Shown here: positions 34,018-44,582 of the stretch, piece by piece
How positions within the stretch are numbered: position 1 is the first letter of the stretch
How the letters are laid out: the number at the start of each line of letters is the position of its first letter
Assembly (NCBI GenBank): GCA_900313925.1
Contig: OMTF01000026.1
Span: forward strand, 1,198-65,197
Direction: 5' to 3'
Origin: an uncultured Eubacteriales bacterium
Lineage (GTDB): Bacteria; Bacillota; Clostridia; Oscillospirales; Oscillospiraceae
DNA: 64,000 nt
Translations under genes and position numbers: made by a program
The notes under the pieces: generated by a model
The model's input: the letters and a program-made list of their open reading frames with translations, nothing else
Database searches by the model: none
What the model was told of the DNA's origin: nothing

Positions 34018-35208
34018 ATGAAAAAATTCTATCGAATTCTACTGATTCTGCTGCTGATTTTGCTCGCGGCGGCGACGGTACGCCGGTACGACCGGACCCA
34101 CAGCCCGGCGCAGGTGACCCCGACACCGGAAGTTTCGGCGGCGCAGGTTCGCGGAGAATCAGAAAGCTATTCCTCGTTTTATTATGACCAGCTGTCCGGG
34201 GAAGAGCAGACTGTTTATCAGGAACTGCAGGAGGCGGCCGAAGCCTGCCAGGCGAATGTGCCGGTTTCCGCCCTGTCTCTCGACTCTTTTTATAAGGCGG
34301 AAACCGCGCTCACCATGGATCATCCGGAATTTTACTGGATGACATCCTTCGTAACGCACGCGCGCGGCGGATGGGTAGAAAGCGTTACCTTCAGCGTTCC
34401 GGAAGATGCGGCTTCTACGATGGAAGCGCTGGAAAACGCGGCGGAGGAGATCCTGGGGGAGATCACGGAAGAAGGCGCCACCGATTATGAGAAGATCAAA
34501 TGCATATTTCTTTACATCATCCAGCATACAGACTATGGAACGGACGAAGGCCGGGAACAGGATATCCGGAGTGTGCTGCTGGATCAGCGATCCGTCTGCG
34601 CCGGGTATGCCAAGGCGTTTGAATTTCTCTGCCGACGGGCGGGTGTAGACTGCACCTACGTGCAGGGATACAGCCTCACGGGGGAGAACCATGCGTGGAA
34701 CCTGGTTGAGATAGGCGGCACGCCCTATTGGGTCGACGTGACCTGGGGCGATCCCATGTTCGAGGAAAGCGCTGCCGTATCGGTTCCGCAGGACTTTGTA
34801 AACTATGCATATCTCTGCGTGGAGGACGACGAGCTTTTCCGGACCCACCGGATTGAAACCGGAATCATCTTTGAAAATTACAGGATGGAAAACGCATTTT
34901 CTTATCCTGCATGCACGGATCCTTCGCTGAACTATTATCGTCTGCATGGCTGCTTTTTCGATACGTACGACCGGGAGGCAGTCAGCGGAAGCGTATGGTC
35001 GCAGATGGATGCGGATCCGGACGGCCCAATACAGATGCAGTTTGCAACCGCGGAAGCGTACCAGGAGGCTGCAGCGGATCTGTTTTCCGAAACCGATCCC
35101 TATTTCTTCCGCATTCTGAGGGAAGGAAGCCCCTTCCTATGGAGCGGGTCCTCGTACCGGTATTTTCTCCTGGAAGACTCCAATTCCCTTTGCGTTTTTC
35201 TGGACTGA
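34018..35208 (+). CDS. membrane-anchored transglutaminase-like (cysteine protease fold) protein
   Basis: N-terminal signal anchor. The core RSVCAGYAKAFEFLCRRAGV...ENHAWNLVEIGGTPYWVDVTWGD carries the Cys-His-Asp transglutaminase-core pattern. Confidence 0.85.
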   Translation: MKKFYRILLILLLILLAAATVRRYDRTHSPAQVTPTPEVSAAQVRGESESYSSFYYDQLSGEEQTVYQELQEAAEACQANVPVSALSLDSFYKAETALTMDHPEFYWMTSFVTHARGGWVESVTFSVPEDAASTMEALENAAEEILGEITEEGATDYEKIKCIFLYIIQHTDYGTDEGREQDIRSVLLDQRSVCAGYAKAFEFLCRRAGVDCTYVQGYSLTGENHAWNLVEIGGTPYWVDVTWGDPMFEESAAVSVPQDFVNYAYLCVEDDELFRTHRIETGIIFENYRMENAFSYPACTDPSLNYYRLHGCFFDTYDREAVSGSVWSQMDADPDGPIQMQFATAEAYQEAAADLFSETDPYFFRILREGSPFLWSGSSYRYFLLEDSNSLCVFLD

Positions 35209-35256
35209 AAGCGATGGGAAATGCACGAAAATACGCCTGTTTCCGCGCATATCCTG

Positions 35257-35285
35257 TTGAAAAGACCCGCCTGCCGTGCTAACAT
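35257..35285 (+). promoter_or_regulatory. sigma-A type promoter for typA
   Basis: TTGAAA-N17-TAACAT. Confidence 0.5.
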
Positions 35286-35344
35286 AGAAAACTGTGTTTT
35301 TAGGAAAAAGAATCGATACAGAGCGCTAAAGGAGTCTTCGATTT

Positions 35345-37165
35345 ATGGATAAAATTCGAAACGTTGCCATCATTGCCCATGTTGATCACGGAAAAACCAC
35401 CCTTGTGGACGAAATGCTGAAGCAGTCCGGGATCTATCGGGAGAACCAGGAAATCGTGGAGCGGGTAATGGACTCCGGCGATTTGGAGCGGGAGCGCGGC
35501 ATTACCATTATGGCAAAAAACACAGCGGTTACCTATAAGGGAACGAAAATCAACATCGTGGATACGCCGGGCCACGCGGATTTCGGAGGCGAAGTGGAGC
35601 GGATCCTGAAAATGGTCAATGGCGTCATTCTGCTCGTGGATGCGGCAGAAGGACCGATGCCGCAGACCCGTTTTGTCCTGAGCAAGGCGCTGGAACTTGG
35701 ACACCGCGTCATCGTAGTCGTCAACAAAATTGACCGGCCGGATCAGCGAGTGCACGAAGTCGTGGATGAAATTCTGGAACTGCTGATGGATTTGAATGCG
35801 ACCGATGAGCAGCTGGATTCCCCGATGCTGTTCTGCTCCGGGAGAAACGGAACCGCGAGCTATTCTCCGGAAGTACCGGGGAAAGACCTGCAGCCGCTTT
35901 TTGATACGATTCTGGATTACATTCCGGAACCGGATATGAATTTGGACGCGCCGTTCCAAATGCTGGTTTCCAATATTGATTACAATGAATTCGTTGGACG
36001 CATCGCCATCGGCCGCATTGAGCGGGGTATCATTCACCAGAATGACGAAATCGAGGTGTGCAACTATCATGATCCCGATGCCGAGCCGCGGAAGGCAAAG
36101 GCGACCGCACTATACGAGTTTGACGGCCTGAAGCGCGACCCGGTCGCAGAGGTCGGTGCAGGCAATATTATCGCGATGAGCGGGATCGGAGACGTCACCA
36201 TCGGCGATACGGTCTGCGCGCGCGGTGCGGCGGAGCCACTTCCGTTCGTCAAGATTTCGGAGCCGACGCTGGAGATGGTGTTCTCCGTAAACGACTCGCC
36301 TTTCGCCGGGAGAGAAGGAAAGTACGTTACGTCCCGTCAGCTGCGAGATCGGCTGTTCCGGGAAACGCTGCGCGATGTTTCCATCCGGATTTCGGAAGTG
36401 GAAAATTCAACGGACAGCTTCCGTGTCTGCGCCCGCGGGGAGATGAGCCTTTCCATTCTCATGGAGACGATGCGTAGGGAAGGCTATGAATTCCAGGTAT
36501 CGCCGCCTCGGGTTCTGTATAAGGAAATAGACGGCAGGCGCTGCGAGCCCATTGAGCGCGTCGTTGTGGATGTACCGCAGGAATATGTCGGCTCAGTGAT
36601 TGAAAAGCTGGGGGGCCGAAAGGGAGAAATGCAGGAAATGACGCCCCTCGGAAAAAGGACCCGGGTGGAGTTCCTGATCCCATCGCGCGGTCTTTTCGGT
36701 TACCGTAACGAGTTTCTGACCGATACCAAGGGAGAAGGAATTCTGACGTCCGTCTTTGACCGGTATGAGCCGTATAAGGGGGACATCAGCAGGAGGAGCA
36801 TGGGTTCCCTGATTTCCTATGAAACCGGGACCAGCATTACGTACGGCCTGTATGCCGCACAGCAGCGGGGCGAGCTGTTTATCGGGCCGGGCGTGGAAGT
36901 CTACGGCGGTATGATCGTAGGCGAAGCAAACCGCCCGGACGATATCACGGTGAACGTCTGCAAAAAAAAGCAGCTTACGAATACACGCGCGGCGGGAAGC
37001 GATGAAGCGCTGCGGCTTGTTCCTCCAAGACAGATGAGTCTGGAACAGTGTCTGGAGTTTATGGCGGATGATGAGCTTCTGGAAGTAACGCCCAAACATC
37101 TTCGGCTCCGCAAGAGCATTCTGGACCACGAAAAGCGAATGAAAGCGCTGATGCGGAATCGATGA
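35345..37165 (+). CDS. typA: translational GTPase TypA/BipA
   Basis: [33 protein letters not shown] and NKIDR G-motifs, with full-length BipA architecture. Confidence 0.96.
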   Translation: MDKIRNVAIIAHVDHGKTTLVDEMLKQSGIYRENQEIVERVMDSGDLERERGITIMAKNTAVTYKGTKINIVDTPGHADFGGEVERILKMVNGVILLVDAAEGPMPQTRFVLSKALELGHRVIVVVNKIDRPDQRVHEVVDEILELLMDLNATDEQLDSPMLFCSGRNGTASYSPEVPGKDLQPLFDTILDYIPEPDMNLDAPFQMLVSNIDYNEFVGRIAIGRIERGIIHQNDEIEVCNYHDPDAEPRKAKATALYEFDGLKRDPVAEVGAGNIIAMSGIGDVTIGDTVCARGAAEPLPFVKISEPTLEMVFSVNDSPFAGREGKYVTSRQLRDRLFRETLRDVSIRISEVENSTDSFRVCARGEMSLSILMETMRREGYEFQVSPPRVLYKEIDGRRCEPIERVVVDVPQEYVGSVIEKLGGRKGEMQEMTPLGKRTRVEFLIPSRGLFGYRNEFLTDTKGEGILTSVFDRYEPYKGDISRRSMGSLISYETGTSITYGLYAAQQRGELFIGPGVEVYGGMIVGEANRPDDITVNVCKKKQLTNTRAAGSDEALRLVPPRQMSLEQCLEFMADDELLEVTPKHLRLRKSILDHEKRMKALMRNR

Positions 37166-38217
37166 GAAATACGATTGACCACATACGGCTGGAAGACGGG
37201 GATCGGAGTCTTGTGATTCTGGATCAGAGTCTTCTTCCCGGAAAAAAAGAATATGTCAAGCTGACCGGGGCACCGGAAATGTTCCGGGCGATCCAGACAC
37301 TGCAGGTGCGCGGCGCGCCAGCGATCGGCATCTTTACCGGATTTGCGCTCTACGTCCTCGCCCGGCGCAGCGATGCGGCGGACGCGGAGGCGCTGTGCCG
37401 GGAAGCAGAGCGGAATGCGGACTATCTTGTCTCCTCCCGCCCGACGGCTGTAAACCTGTCCTGGGCAGCCCGACGGATTGTCCGGGCGGCAAGATCCGCT
37501 GCTCCGGAAGGCCGCGAGGCAGTGCTTTCGAAGATGCAGGAGGAGAGCCAGGCCATTCTGGATGAGGATATTGCCATGTGTACGGCAATCTCCGAATACG
37601 GGCTTTCGCTTCTTTCGGACGGCTGCGGGGTTCTGACGCACTGCAATGCCGGTCCGATTGCAACCTCCCGCTATGGGACGGCGATCGGGCCGATGATCCT
37701 CGGCCGGGAAAGAGGCTATCAGTTTCACGTTTACGCCGACGAAACCCGTCCGCTTCTGCAGGGCGCCCGGCTGACCTGCTGGGAACTGTCCAATGCCGGC
37801 GTGGATGTCACTCTGATCTGCGATAATATGGCCTCCATGGTGATGAAGCAGGGGAAGGTGCAGTTTTGCTTTGTCGGTTGCGACCGCATTGCGGCAAATG
37901 GCGATACCGCAAATAAAATAGGCACGAGCGGAGTTGCGATTCTGGCAAACTACTATAAGATTCCGTTTTTTGTTCTGGGTCCGAGTTCCACGGTGGATCT
38001 TGCTACGCCGGACGGCAGCGCGATTCGCATAGAGCTGCGGGATGGAGAGGAAATCCGATCAAAATGGTATAAGGAACCTATGGCGCCGGAGTGCGTGCCC
38101 TGCTATAACCCGGCGTTTGATGTGACGGACCATCGTCTCATTTCCGGCATAATTACGGAAAAGGGAATCTGCCGGCCGCCGTATTCGGAAAGCCTGCGAA
38201 GGCTGTCTCGGGAATAG
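37162..38217 (+). CDS. mtnA: S-methyl-5-thioribose-1-phosphate isomerase
   Basis: LVILDQSLLPGKKEYVKL, IQTLQVRGAPAIG, SRPTAVNL, THCNAG and CFVGCDRIAANGDTANKIGT are typical of MtnA/eIF-2B-like proteins. ATGA overlap with typA. Confidence 0.92.
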   Translation: MRNTIDHIRLEDGDRSLVILDQSLLPGKKEYVKLTGAPEMFRAIQTLQVRGAPAIGIFTGFALYVLARRSDAADAEALCREAERNADYLVSSRPTAVNLSWAARRIVRAARSAAPEGREAVLSKMQEESQAILDEDIAMCTAISEYGLSLLSDGCGVLTHCNAGPIATSRYGTAIGPMILGRERGYQFHVYADETRPLLQGARLTCWELSNAGVDVTLICDNMASMVMKQGKVQFCFVGCDRIAANGDTANKIGTSGVAILANYYKIPFFVLGPSSTVDLATPDGSAIRIELRDGEEIRSKWYKEPMAPECVPCYNPAFDVTDHRLISGIITEKGICRPPYSESLRRLSRE

Positions 38218-38251
38218 AAAGGAAAAGCAGCAGGCACAGAGAGACAAAGAG

Positions 38252-38303
38252 TCCCCCTCCGGGAGAGAAAGGCAAAAGCCGAATCTGCCGGAGGGGGAAT
38301 TTC
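38252..38303. terminator. bidirectional terminator between convergent mtnA and cysK
   Basis: TCCCCCTCCGG ... CCGGAGGGGGA (11-bp stem), followed by ATTT. Confidence 0.55.
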
Positions 38304-38341
38304 GATCGAAAAGGAAATATATTCCGGAAAAGGAATACGGA

Positions 38342-39268
38342 TCATTCTGGATACAGCGGTGTGGAAAGATAGCGGTCACCGGAATCCGGAAACAGAACCA
38401 CAATCGGTTTGCCTTCAAACTGCGGTCGCTTGGCAAGCTCCACCGCGGCGCACAGTGCGGCGCCGGAGGAAATGCCGACAAGAAAGCCTTCTTTTTTTCC
38501 AATCAGCTGCCCGTACTGAAACGCGTCCTCATCCTTGACGGGGATCACTTCATCATAAACGGAGGTGTCCAGCGTGACGGGAACAAATCCGGCGCCGATC
38601 CCCTGAATTTTATGCGATCCGCTGACGCCCCTGGAAAGGACCGGAGACGAGGCGGGCTCCACAGCGACGATATGTACTGCGGAATTTTGGGACTTCAGAT
38701 ACCTGCCGACGCCCGTTATGGTTCCTCCGGTGCCGACACCGGCGACGAAAGCGTCCACCTGACCGTCCGTGTCGTTCCATATTTCTGGACCGGTAGTTCG
38801 GAAATGCGCTTCCGGATTTATCGGGTTCGTAAACTGGCCGGCGATGAAGGAATGCGGCGTCTGCCGCTGCAGTTCCTCCGCCTTGGCGATGGTGCCCGGC
38901 ATGCCGCCTTCGCACAAAACGAGTTCGGCACCGTAGGCTTTCATCAGCTTCCTGCGTTCCACGCTCATGGAGGCGGGCATGACGATGATGATCCGATAGC
39001 CTCTGGCGGCAGCCACGGAAGCCAGGCCGATGCCGGTATTGCCGGACGTGGGCTCAATGATGACAGAGTCCGGCTGCAGAAGCCCTTTTTCTTCCGCGTC
39101 CTCGATCATTGCCTTTCCGACACGGTCCTTCACGGACCCGGCGGGGTTTAGATATTCAAGCTTTGCCAGTATTTTGGACTTCAGACCGAAGACGGCTTCA
39201 AGATTTCCCAGCTCAAGAAGCGGAGTTCCCCCGATAAGCTGGTCTGCGGATTTGTAAATTTTTGCCAT
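38342..39268 (-). CDS. cysK: cysteine synthase A (O-acetylserine sulfhydrylase)
   Basis: LIGGTPLLEL..KLEYLNPAGSVKDR (PLP lysine motif), TSGNTGIGLA and GTGGTITG. Confidence 0.95.
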   Translation of the reverse strand: MAKIYKSADQLIGGTPLLELGNLEAVFGLKSKILAKLEYLNPAGSVKDRVGKAMIEDAEEKGLLQPDSVIIEPTSGNTGIGLASVAAARGYRIIIVMPASMSVERRKLMKAYGAELVLCEGGMPGTIAKAEELQRQTPHSFIAGQFTNPINPEAHFRTTGPEIWNDTDGQVDAFVAGVGTGGTITGVGRYLKSQNSAVHIVAVEPASSPVLSRGVSGSHKIQGIGAGFVPVTLDTSVYDEVIPVKDEDAFQYGQLIGKKEGFLVGISSGAALCAAVELAKRPQFEGKPIVVLFPDSGDRYLSTPLYPE

Positions 39269-39391
39269 AGTAACGCCTCTTTCTTCGTGAAGCGCGGGGA
39301 CCGGGACGACCCGGATACGGCGGAAAAAGCCAATCCCTGTACGCTTGTCTATCGATACGGACAGATACGCGAACCGCGCTGATTAATCTAC

Positions 39392-39419
39392 ATTATAGTG
39401 CCGGTGCAAACAATTGCAA
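39392..39419 (-). promoter_or_regulatory. sigma-A promoter for cysK
   Basis: Minus strand TTGCAA-N16-TATAAT, about 125 nt upstream of the cysK ATG. Confidence 0.55.
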
Positions 39420-39450
39420 GAGAACCCATCGGCCGAAGCCGGCAGGGAGG

Positions 39451-39480
39451 AAAAAACGCTGCGCCGGGCGGCGCAGCGTT
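39451..39480 (-). terminator. intrinsic terminator after the lipoprotein gene
   Basis: Minus strand AACGCTGCGCC-GCCC-GGCGCAGCGTT followed by TTTTT. Confidence 0.8.
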
Positions 39481-39500
39481 GAAACACACCTATTTTCAAT

Positions 39501-40286
39501 TCAGTTTACAACAATAACGCAGGTTGCCGGGATCATTTTGGCATCGGAGGGTACAATGGACATATAATAGGTTCCGGCGGTGGGAAAACTGAGGCTAAGG
39601 GAGCCGTCACTCTGCGTAAAAGCGTTGTCAATGCCTTCTATTTTTCCCTCTCCGTTCACCTGCGCGACTTGCAGCGTCGGAAGGGCAACCTCGGAAACGG
39701 CGTTGCTTTCATCTACGGAAAGCGCTTTCACATGGATCGGCAGAGTGTCCGACGTCGTTAAGTTGGCGTAGGTTGTGTCAAAGTAAGTAAAGACGGTTTC
39801 CGTCGGCAGGACGCTTCCCAGGATACAGGCAACCAGGCAGTCGCCCTTGCGGACCTCCTCTTCGAGATTTGTTACGGGAGAATCATTGAGAAAGCACTGG
39901 AAATTACCGCTGCTTTGATTCCAAAGACGCACAATTTTTCGATCCGCACCGGTGCCGGTTCCCTCATAGCCATCCGCGCAGTATTTTTCATGGGCGGCCG
40001 TCAGGACGTCGTCAATATCAAAGGTGCCGCTTTCATTTCGATCCTGCACGCTGACGGGGACTTGCACCATCACGGTGCCGTCGGTGCCCTTGGAAAAACC
40101 TTCCGAAGAGTAGATGGAAACTTTCACCGTTATGCTGGTGGCATTTTCGGCGGCTTCCGGCGTCGGGACAATATCCGAGGCAGTTGCGACTTCCGAAGAC
40201 CCGGCCTCCGGATTTCCCGGACCGCAGGAGCATAGCAGCAGACAAAGCAGCGCAGTCGCTGCAATTAGGCAGATAATTCTTTTCAT
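39501..40286 (-). CDS. putative lipoprotein, function unknown
   Basis: MKRIICLIAATALLCLLLCSCG is a signal peptide with a lipobox-like Cys. The rest is a 261-aa soluble domain. Confidence 0.7.
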   Translation of the reverse strand: MKRIICLIAATALLCLLLCSCGPGNPEAGSSEVATASDIVPTPEAAENATSITVKVSIYSSEGFSKGTDGTVMVQVPVSVQDRNESGTFDIDDVLTAAHEKYCADGYEGTGTGADRKIVRLWNQSSGNFQCFLNDSPVTNLEEEVRKGDCLVACILGSVLPTETVFTYFDTTYANLTTSDTLPIHVKALSVDESNAVSEVALPTLQVAQVNGEGKIEGIDNAFTQSDGSLSLSFPTAGTYYMSIVPSDAKMIPATCVIVVN

Positions 40287-40499
40287 TTTGCAATTCCGGA
40301 AACGCTTCGCACCCGGAATCCTCCTCTCTCCAGGGGCCGCCGTCGGGCAGGCGCGCTGGCATTAGAACGATTATAGCATGGAAAAAATTTTTACACAATC
40401 CGAACGGTGTTAGTGGACGCACGCGAAGAAAGCAGGTAAGATAAAAAGGATCAAAGAACTCCCGGAACGCAAAGGCCGAAGGAGGAAAGGGCGAGGGCT

Positions 40500-40718
40500 A
40501 TGGATGAAATGAAAATCAGTTCGAAATTTCTAACCGGAATCGTATCAAAAATTATTGACAAGCTCGTGCGCAAGAAACTGGGCGTTGATGTAGGCGTACA
40601 AATCAACAGCGTGCAGGCGACGATGCAGGAGGGGAATACGCATCTGCACCTCGATGTTGATGCGGACATGAAAAAAGAGGATCTGGAGAACCTGCTGAAA
40701 AAAGCGGGAATTCTCTGA
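40500..40718 (+). CDS. small hypothetical protein (72 aa)
   Basis: ORF with GAAGGAGGAAAG upstream, amphipathic-looking sequence and a weak hairpin downstream. No family was recognised. Confidence 0.5.
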   Translation: MDEMKISSKFLTGIVSKIIDKLVRKKLGVDVGVQINSVQATMQEGNTHLHLDVDADMKKEDLENLLKKAGIL

Positions 40719-40790
40719 AAACTGGAAAGAGAAGTAAGATCAACGAAGCCGGCTCTTTAGGGAACCGGCTTTACGATTATTGCGAATGTG

Positions 40791-41816
40791 TTACAGAAGA
40801 ATTCCTCCGCCCAAAACCGAGTCTCCATCATAGAATACAGCGGACTGACCGCGGGTGATAGCCCGCTGCGGCGCGTCAAAGACAAGACGGGCGCAGTCCG
40901 GCCCGGTCACCGTAATGCGGCACGGTTCTTCCCTGTGCCGGTAGCGTATTTTGGCCGAGGCTCGCAGCTCCTGCTGCGGAGCCGCGCCGGCAATCCAATG
41001 GACCTCCTTGATGAAAGCTTCCGTCTGAAACAGATCCTTTTTTCCCCCGAGAATGACCGTATTGTCTTCCGGACGGATATCCAGAACGTAAAGCGGTTCG
41101 GAAGAGGGAACACCAAGGCCACGACGCTGGCCGATAGTGTAATGAATAATGCCTCGATGCCGGCCGAGTGTGCGACCGCTGCGATCGATAAAGCGGCCGG
41201 GCGGACAGGGCTTGCCGGCACAGGCTTCCACAAGCGCCGCGTAGTCTCCATCCGGTATAAAGCAGATATCCTGGCTTTCAGGCTTGTGTGCTGTCGGAAG
41301 ATGCAGTGCGGAGGCAATTTCCCGGGTTTCCTTTTTCGAGAAGCCGCCGAGAGGAAACAGTATGTGTGCGAGCTGGTCCTGCGTAAGATTGTACAGGAAA
41401 TAGCTTTGATCCTTGGATTCATCCAGGGCCTTTTTTAACCGGAAAATCCCGTTTTCCTCTGTGATGCGGGCATAGTGGCCGGTCACCAGCCTGTCGCAGC
41501 CCATTTTTTTCCCTTCTTCTGCCAGCAGGCCGAATTTCATGGTTTTATTGCAGCGGATGCACGGATTCGGCGTTTCGCCCCGCAGGTACGCGGCGGCGAA
41601 CGGCGCCACTACGTTTTCGCGGAATTCGCGCGAGAGGGGAAAGGCGTAGAAGGGAATCCCCAGCGCTTTGCAGACCGCCTGGGCATCCTGTACGGTGCGG
41701 GAATCCTCCTGCAGCTGCATGGTGCAGCCAATGCAGGAAAATCCCTTCTTTACTGCCAAATATGCGGCGACGCTGGAATCCACGCCGCCGGACATGGCGA
41801 CTAACGCGGTTGGCAT
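40791..41816 (-). CDS. mnmA: tRNA 2-thiouridine(34) synthase
   Basis: VAMSGGVDSSVAA PP-loop, the ..NPCIRCN.. motif and the SKDQSYFL motif. Confidence 0.95.
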   Translation of the reverse strand: MPTALVAMSGGVDSSVAAYLAVKKGFSCIGCTMQLQEDSRTVQDAQAVCKALGIPFYAFPLSREFRENVVAPFAAAYLRGETPNPCIRCNKTMKFGLLAEEGKKMGCDRLVTGHYARITEENGIFRLKKALDESKDQSYFLYNLTQDQLAHILFPLGGFSKKETREIASALHLPTAHKPESQDICFIPDGDYAALVEACAGKPCPPGRFIDRSGRTLGRHRGIIHYTIGQRRGLGVPSSEPLYVLDIRPEDNTVILGGKKDLFQTEAFIKEVHWIAGAAPQQELRASAKIRYRHREEPCRITVTGPDCARLVFDAPQRAITRGQSAVFYDGDSVLGGGILL

Positions 41817-41849
41817 TTTGTTTCCTTTCCCGGCTCGCGGCGCAACGCT

Positions 41850-43436
41850 TCAGAGCTTTTCATCGTCGAAGAAGTCCTTGTAGTAATCCCGCTGCTCCTG
41901 ATTTCGGAATGTTTCCGGAGGATCTACAATGGTCGGCTTTCCGCGCTTCGGATCGAAGGAAGCGAAATCCTGTGAGGAAAGCGAAGTGCCGCGCTTTGCG
42001 GATGCAGCGGGAACGTCCCGGCGAGCCGCCTGCCGGCGGCGGGCTTCCTGCTTTTTCCGCAGATTTTTTCTCCTTGCCATATAGAGGCGGCGGTACAAAA
42101 GAAGCAGCAGGATAAGACCGAGGAGAACATAGAGGATAATCATCGGTGTACTGGAGAAAACAGCGGACAGAACCGAAGCCGCGTGGGACCAAAAAGAGTA
42201 GGGGACGTCCACGGAAGCGACGAGAGGAACTTCCGCGGCGACGGCGCCGTTTACCAGGACCTGGACCGTACCAAGTTCCTGCCCGGCGGAGATAGGTGCC
42301 GTCGGATTTTCTTCGGTCAGCGCGATGCTGTACTCCAGACTGTCCGGATCGACGTCCGAGGGCAGGAGAACGGCAACATCATGCTGCGGATGAACGGTTA
42401 CGGTATTCTGCCCGGACGGAGCGTCCCGAACCGGAACCTCATCGAGCAGTTCTTCCGTTTTGAATACGGAAACGTAGTTGAAGTTATCGAACGCCCAGTT
42501 GTAAAGGGCGATAGTGTCCGTAAAATTGTGGAAAGTTGTACTTCCATCCTCCTCCAAGGTGGAGGGGCAGCCCATTACAATGCAGAGAAAGTCCCGATCG
42601 TCGGATTTGGCGGCGGAGGCGAGACAGTACCCCGCCTGCTGCGTGTAGCCGGTTTTTATACCATACGCCTGTGGATACACATAGGCGGTCCCATACATGC
42701 TTTCACTGGTCAGAAGCCCGTTGGTATTGTAAATGGTATTGGCTTCCGACAGATTGCTTTTGGGAAGCGCATAGCTCTGCGATCCGCACAGTTCCACGAA
42801 CAGGCTGTGCTGCAGAGCCTCCCGCGCGATGAGGAACTGATCGTAAGCGCAGGAATAGTGATCCTCCTCGTGCAGGCCGTGATCGTTTGAAAAGTGGGTG
42901 TTGACGCACCCTAATTCCTGTGCACGGGCGTTCATGAGATCCACGAAGGCCTGCTGGGAGCCGGATACGGCTTCCGCGATCACATTGCAGGCGGGACAGG
43001 AGGAGGAAAGTCCGGCCATATAGAGATACTGCCGCAGCGGACGGGTCTCTCCGATGGACAGATCCACTTCCGTCTCCAATGGATCAATTCCGTCCAGACA
43101 GGTTTCCGAAGCGGTCACAGGTTCATCAATGTCAATATCTCCCCGTTCATAGGCTTCTACGGCGAGGAGGATCGTCATCATTTTCGTCAGACTGGCGGGA
43201 TAGGCTTTTTCCTTTTCCGCCTTGGAATACAGGACCGTTCCGGTCCCTTGATCTACCATATAGCAGGATGTGCAGGTCAGCTGCGGAAAACTGCTGGAAT
43301 TTCCACCGGTACCCGTCTGTGCCGGCTCCTCCTCCGAACCGGCGGCAGAGTCGGATCCCGTGCTTTCTCCTAGACAGGGAAGCGCAAGAAGCAGGATGCA
43401 GAGCAGATAAACAACGGCACGAAAAAATTTTTTCAA
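41850..43436 (-). CDS. D-alanyl-D-alanine carboxypeptidase (PBP5-like serine peptidase) with C-terminal TM and basic tail
   Basis: Signal peptide, SxxK motif (PASLTKMMT), SND-like HFSNDHG and KTGYT motifs, and a C-terminal TM. Confidence 0.9.
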   Translation of the reverse strand: MKKFFRAVVYLLCILLLALPCLGESTGSDSAAGSEEEPAQTGTGGNSSSFPQLTCTSCYMVDQGTGTVLYSKAEKEKAYPASLTKMMTILLAVEAYERGDIDIDEPVTASETCLDGIDPLETEVDLSIGETRPLRQYLYMAGLSSSCPACNVIAEAVSGSQQAFVDLMNARAQELGCVNTHFSNDHGLHEEDHYSCAYDQFLIAREALQHSLFVELCGSQSYALPKSNLSEANTIYNTNGLLTSESMYGTAYVYPQAYGIKTGYTQQAGYCLASAAKSDDRDFLCIVMGCPSTLEEDGSTTFHNFTDTIALYNWAFDNFNYVSVFKTEELLDEVPVRDAPSGQNTVTVHPQHDVAVLLPSDVDPDSLEYSIALTEENPTAPISAGQELGTVQVLVNGAVAAEVPLVASVDVPYSFWSHAASVLSAVFSSTPMIILYVLLGLILLLLLYRRLYMARRKNLRKKQEARRRQAARRDVPAASAKRGTSLSSQDFASFDPKRGKPTIVDPPETFRNQEQRDYYKDFFDDEKL

Positions 43437-43741
43437 AATGAGACTCCTCCAGTTGCTTGCCCGCTTGGATCAAAGAGGACCCGAAATGCGGCGGGCTTGC
43501 CGCGAACCGGAAAGCGGTCCGTGCGGCATGCGGCATAGATAAAACCATGATAAAACCTGCCCGGAAAATGTCAAGCGTGCCGTCGTGGAACAGCTGCAAT
43601 TCCGGCGCATATCCGCGGACGGAAAAAGGTGCAGCGCCCTCGGGTTCTCCCCAAACGATCCATTCTATGGTATCATTGGTAAAAAGACGGATTCGAAAGC
43701 ACTGGCTTCGGCAGGGTACGGAAAAGTACCGGAGAAAAACC

Positions 43742-44431
43742 ATGAAAATTTTAGTTGTAGATGATGAAAAAAGCCTTGTTAAGGGAATAAAATTCAACCT
43801 TGAAAACGAAGGATACCAGGTGGATGCGGAATATGATGGAGAAGCTGCAGTCCGTCTTGCGAAGGAAAACGAGTACGATCTGATTATTCTCGACCTGATG
43901 ATGCCAAAGAAGGACGGATTGCAGGCATGCCAGGAGATACGGATGTTTTCTACAGTGCCGATTATTATCCTCACTGCGAAGGACGAAGATTCCGATAAGC
44001 TGATGGGCTTTGAGTCCGGTGCGGATGACTATATCACGAAGCCCTTCAATATTCTCGAGCTGAAGGCCAGGGTTCGCGCCCTGCTGCGGCGCGCGACCAT
44101 CACTGCGGCGCCGCAGGAAAAGGAAGAGCCGGATCTTCTTCAGGCGGGAAACATCACACTCGCTCCGCGGCAGCGGGAAGCGCGCAACGCCGGGGAACCG
44201 GTGGATCTGACCATCAAGGAATATGATCTTATCGAATTTCTTATGCGGCATGCCGGCGCGGTATACACCAGGGATCAGCTGCTGAATCTTGTCTGGGGTT
44301 ACGATTACCAAGGGGATACCCGGACGGTGGACGTGCATATCCGGCGGCTTCGGGAAAAGCTGGAAGCGGATCCGGCAAACCCGTCCCATATCATTACCAA
44401 ATGGGGAATCGGCTACTATTTCAAGGAGTAA
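43742..44431 (+). CDS. OmpR-family response regulator
   Basis: Receiver domain MKILVVDDEKSLV...DLIILDLMMPKKDG, with winged-helix TRTVDVHIRRLREKL..WGIGYYF. The upstream 95 codons of the ORF are not coding-like. Confidence 0.93.
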   Translation: MKILVVDDEKSLVKGIKFNLENEGYQVDAEYDGEAAVRLAKENEYDLIILDLMMPKKDGLQACQEIRMFSTVPIIILTAKDEDSDKLMGFESGADDYITKPFNILELKARVRALLRRATITAAPQEKEEPDLLQAGNITLAPRQREARNAGEPVDLTIKEYDLIEFLMRHAGAVYTRDQLLNLVWGYDYQGDTRTVDVHIRRLREKLEADPANPSHIITKWGIGYYFKE

Positions 44432-44582
44432 GGATCTGCCCGAAGAAGAGAAAAAGACGCAAAGAAAAAGGATGTGCCGGAAGCTGCGGGCTCCGAATCG
44501 GGGCTGCGCGGCGGCAGATCCTTTCTTTGTCGCTGCGGGAATTCGAGGCGGTGAAGGGAAGAGGCGGAAGGGAGAGGGAGCA

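Noticed and set aside
39269-39391. A riboswitch or T-box in the cysK leader.
   Set aside because: The leader is only about 125 nt and lacks a specifier/T-box sequence or an S-box-like conserved core. Only a promoter is called.
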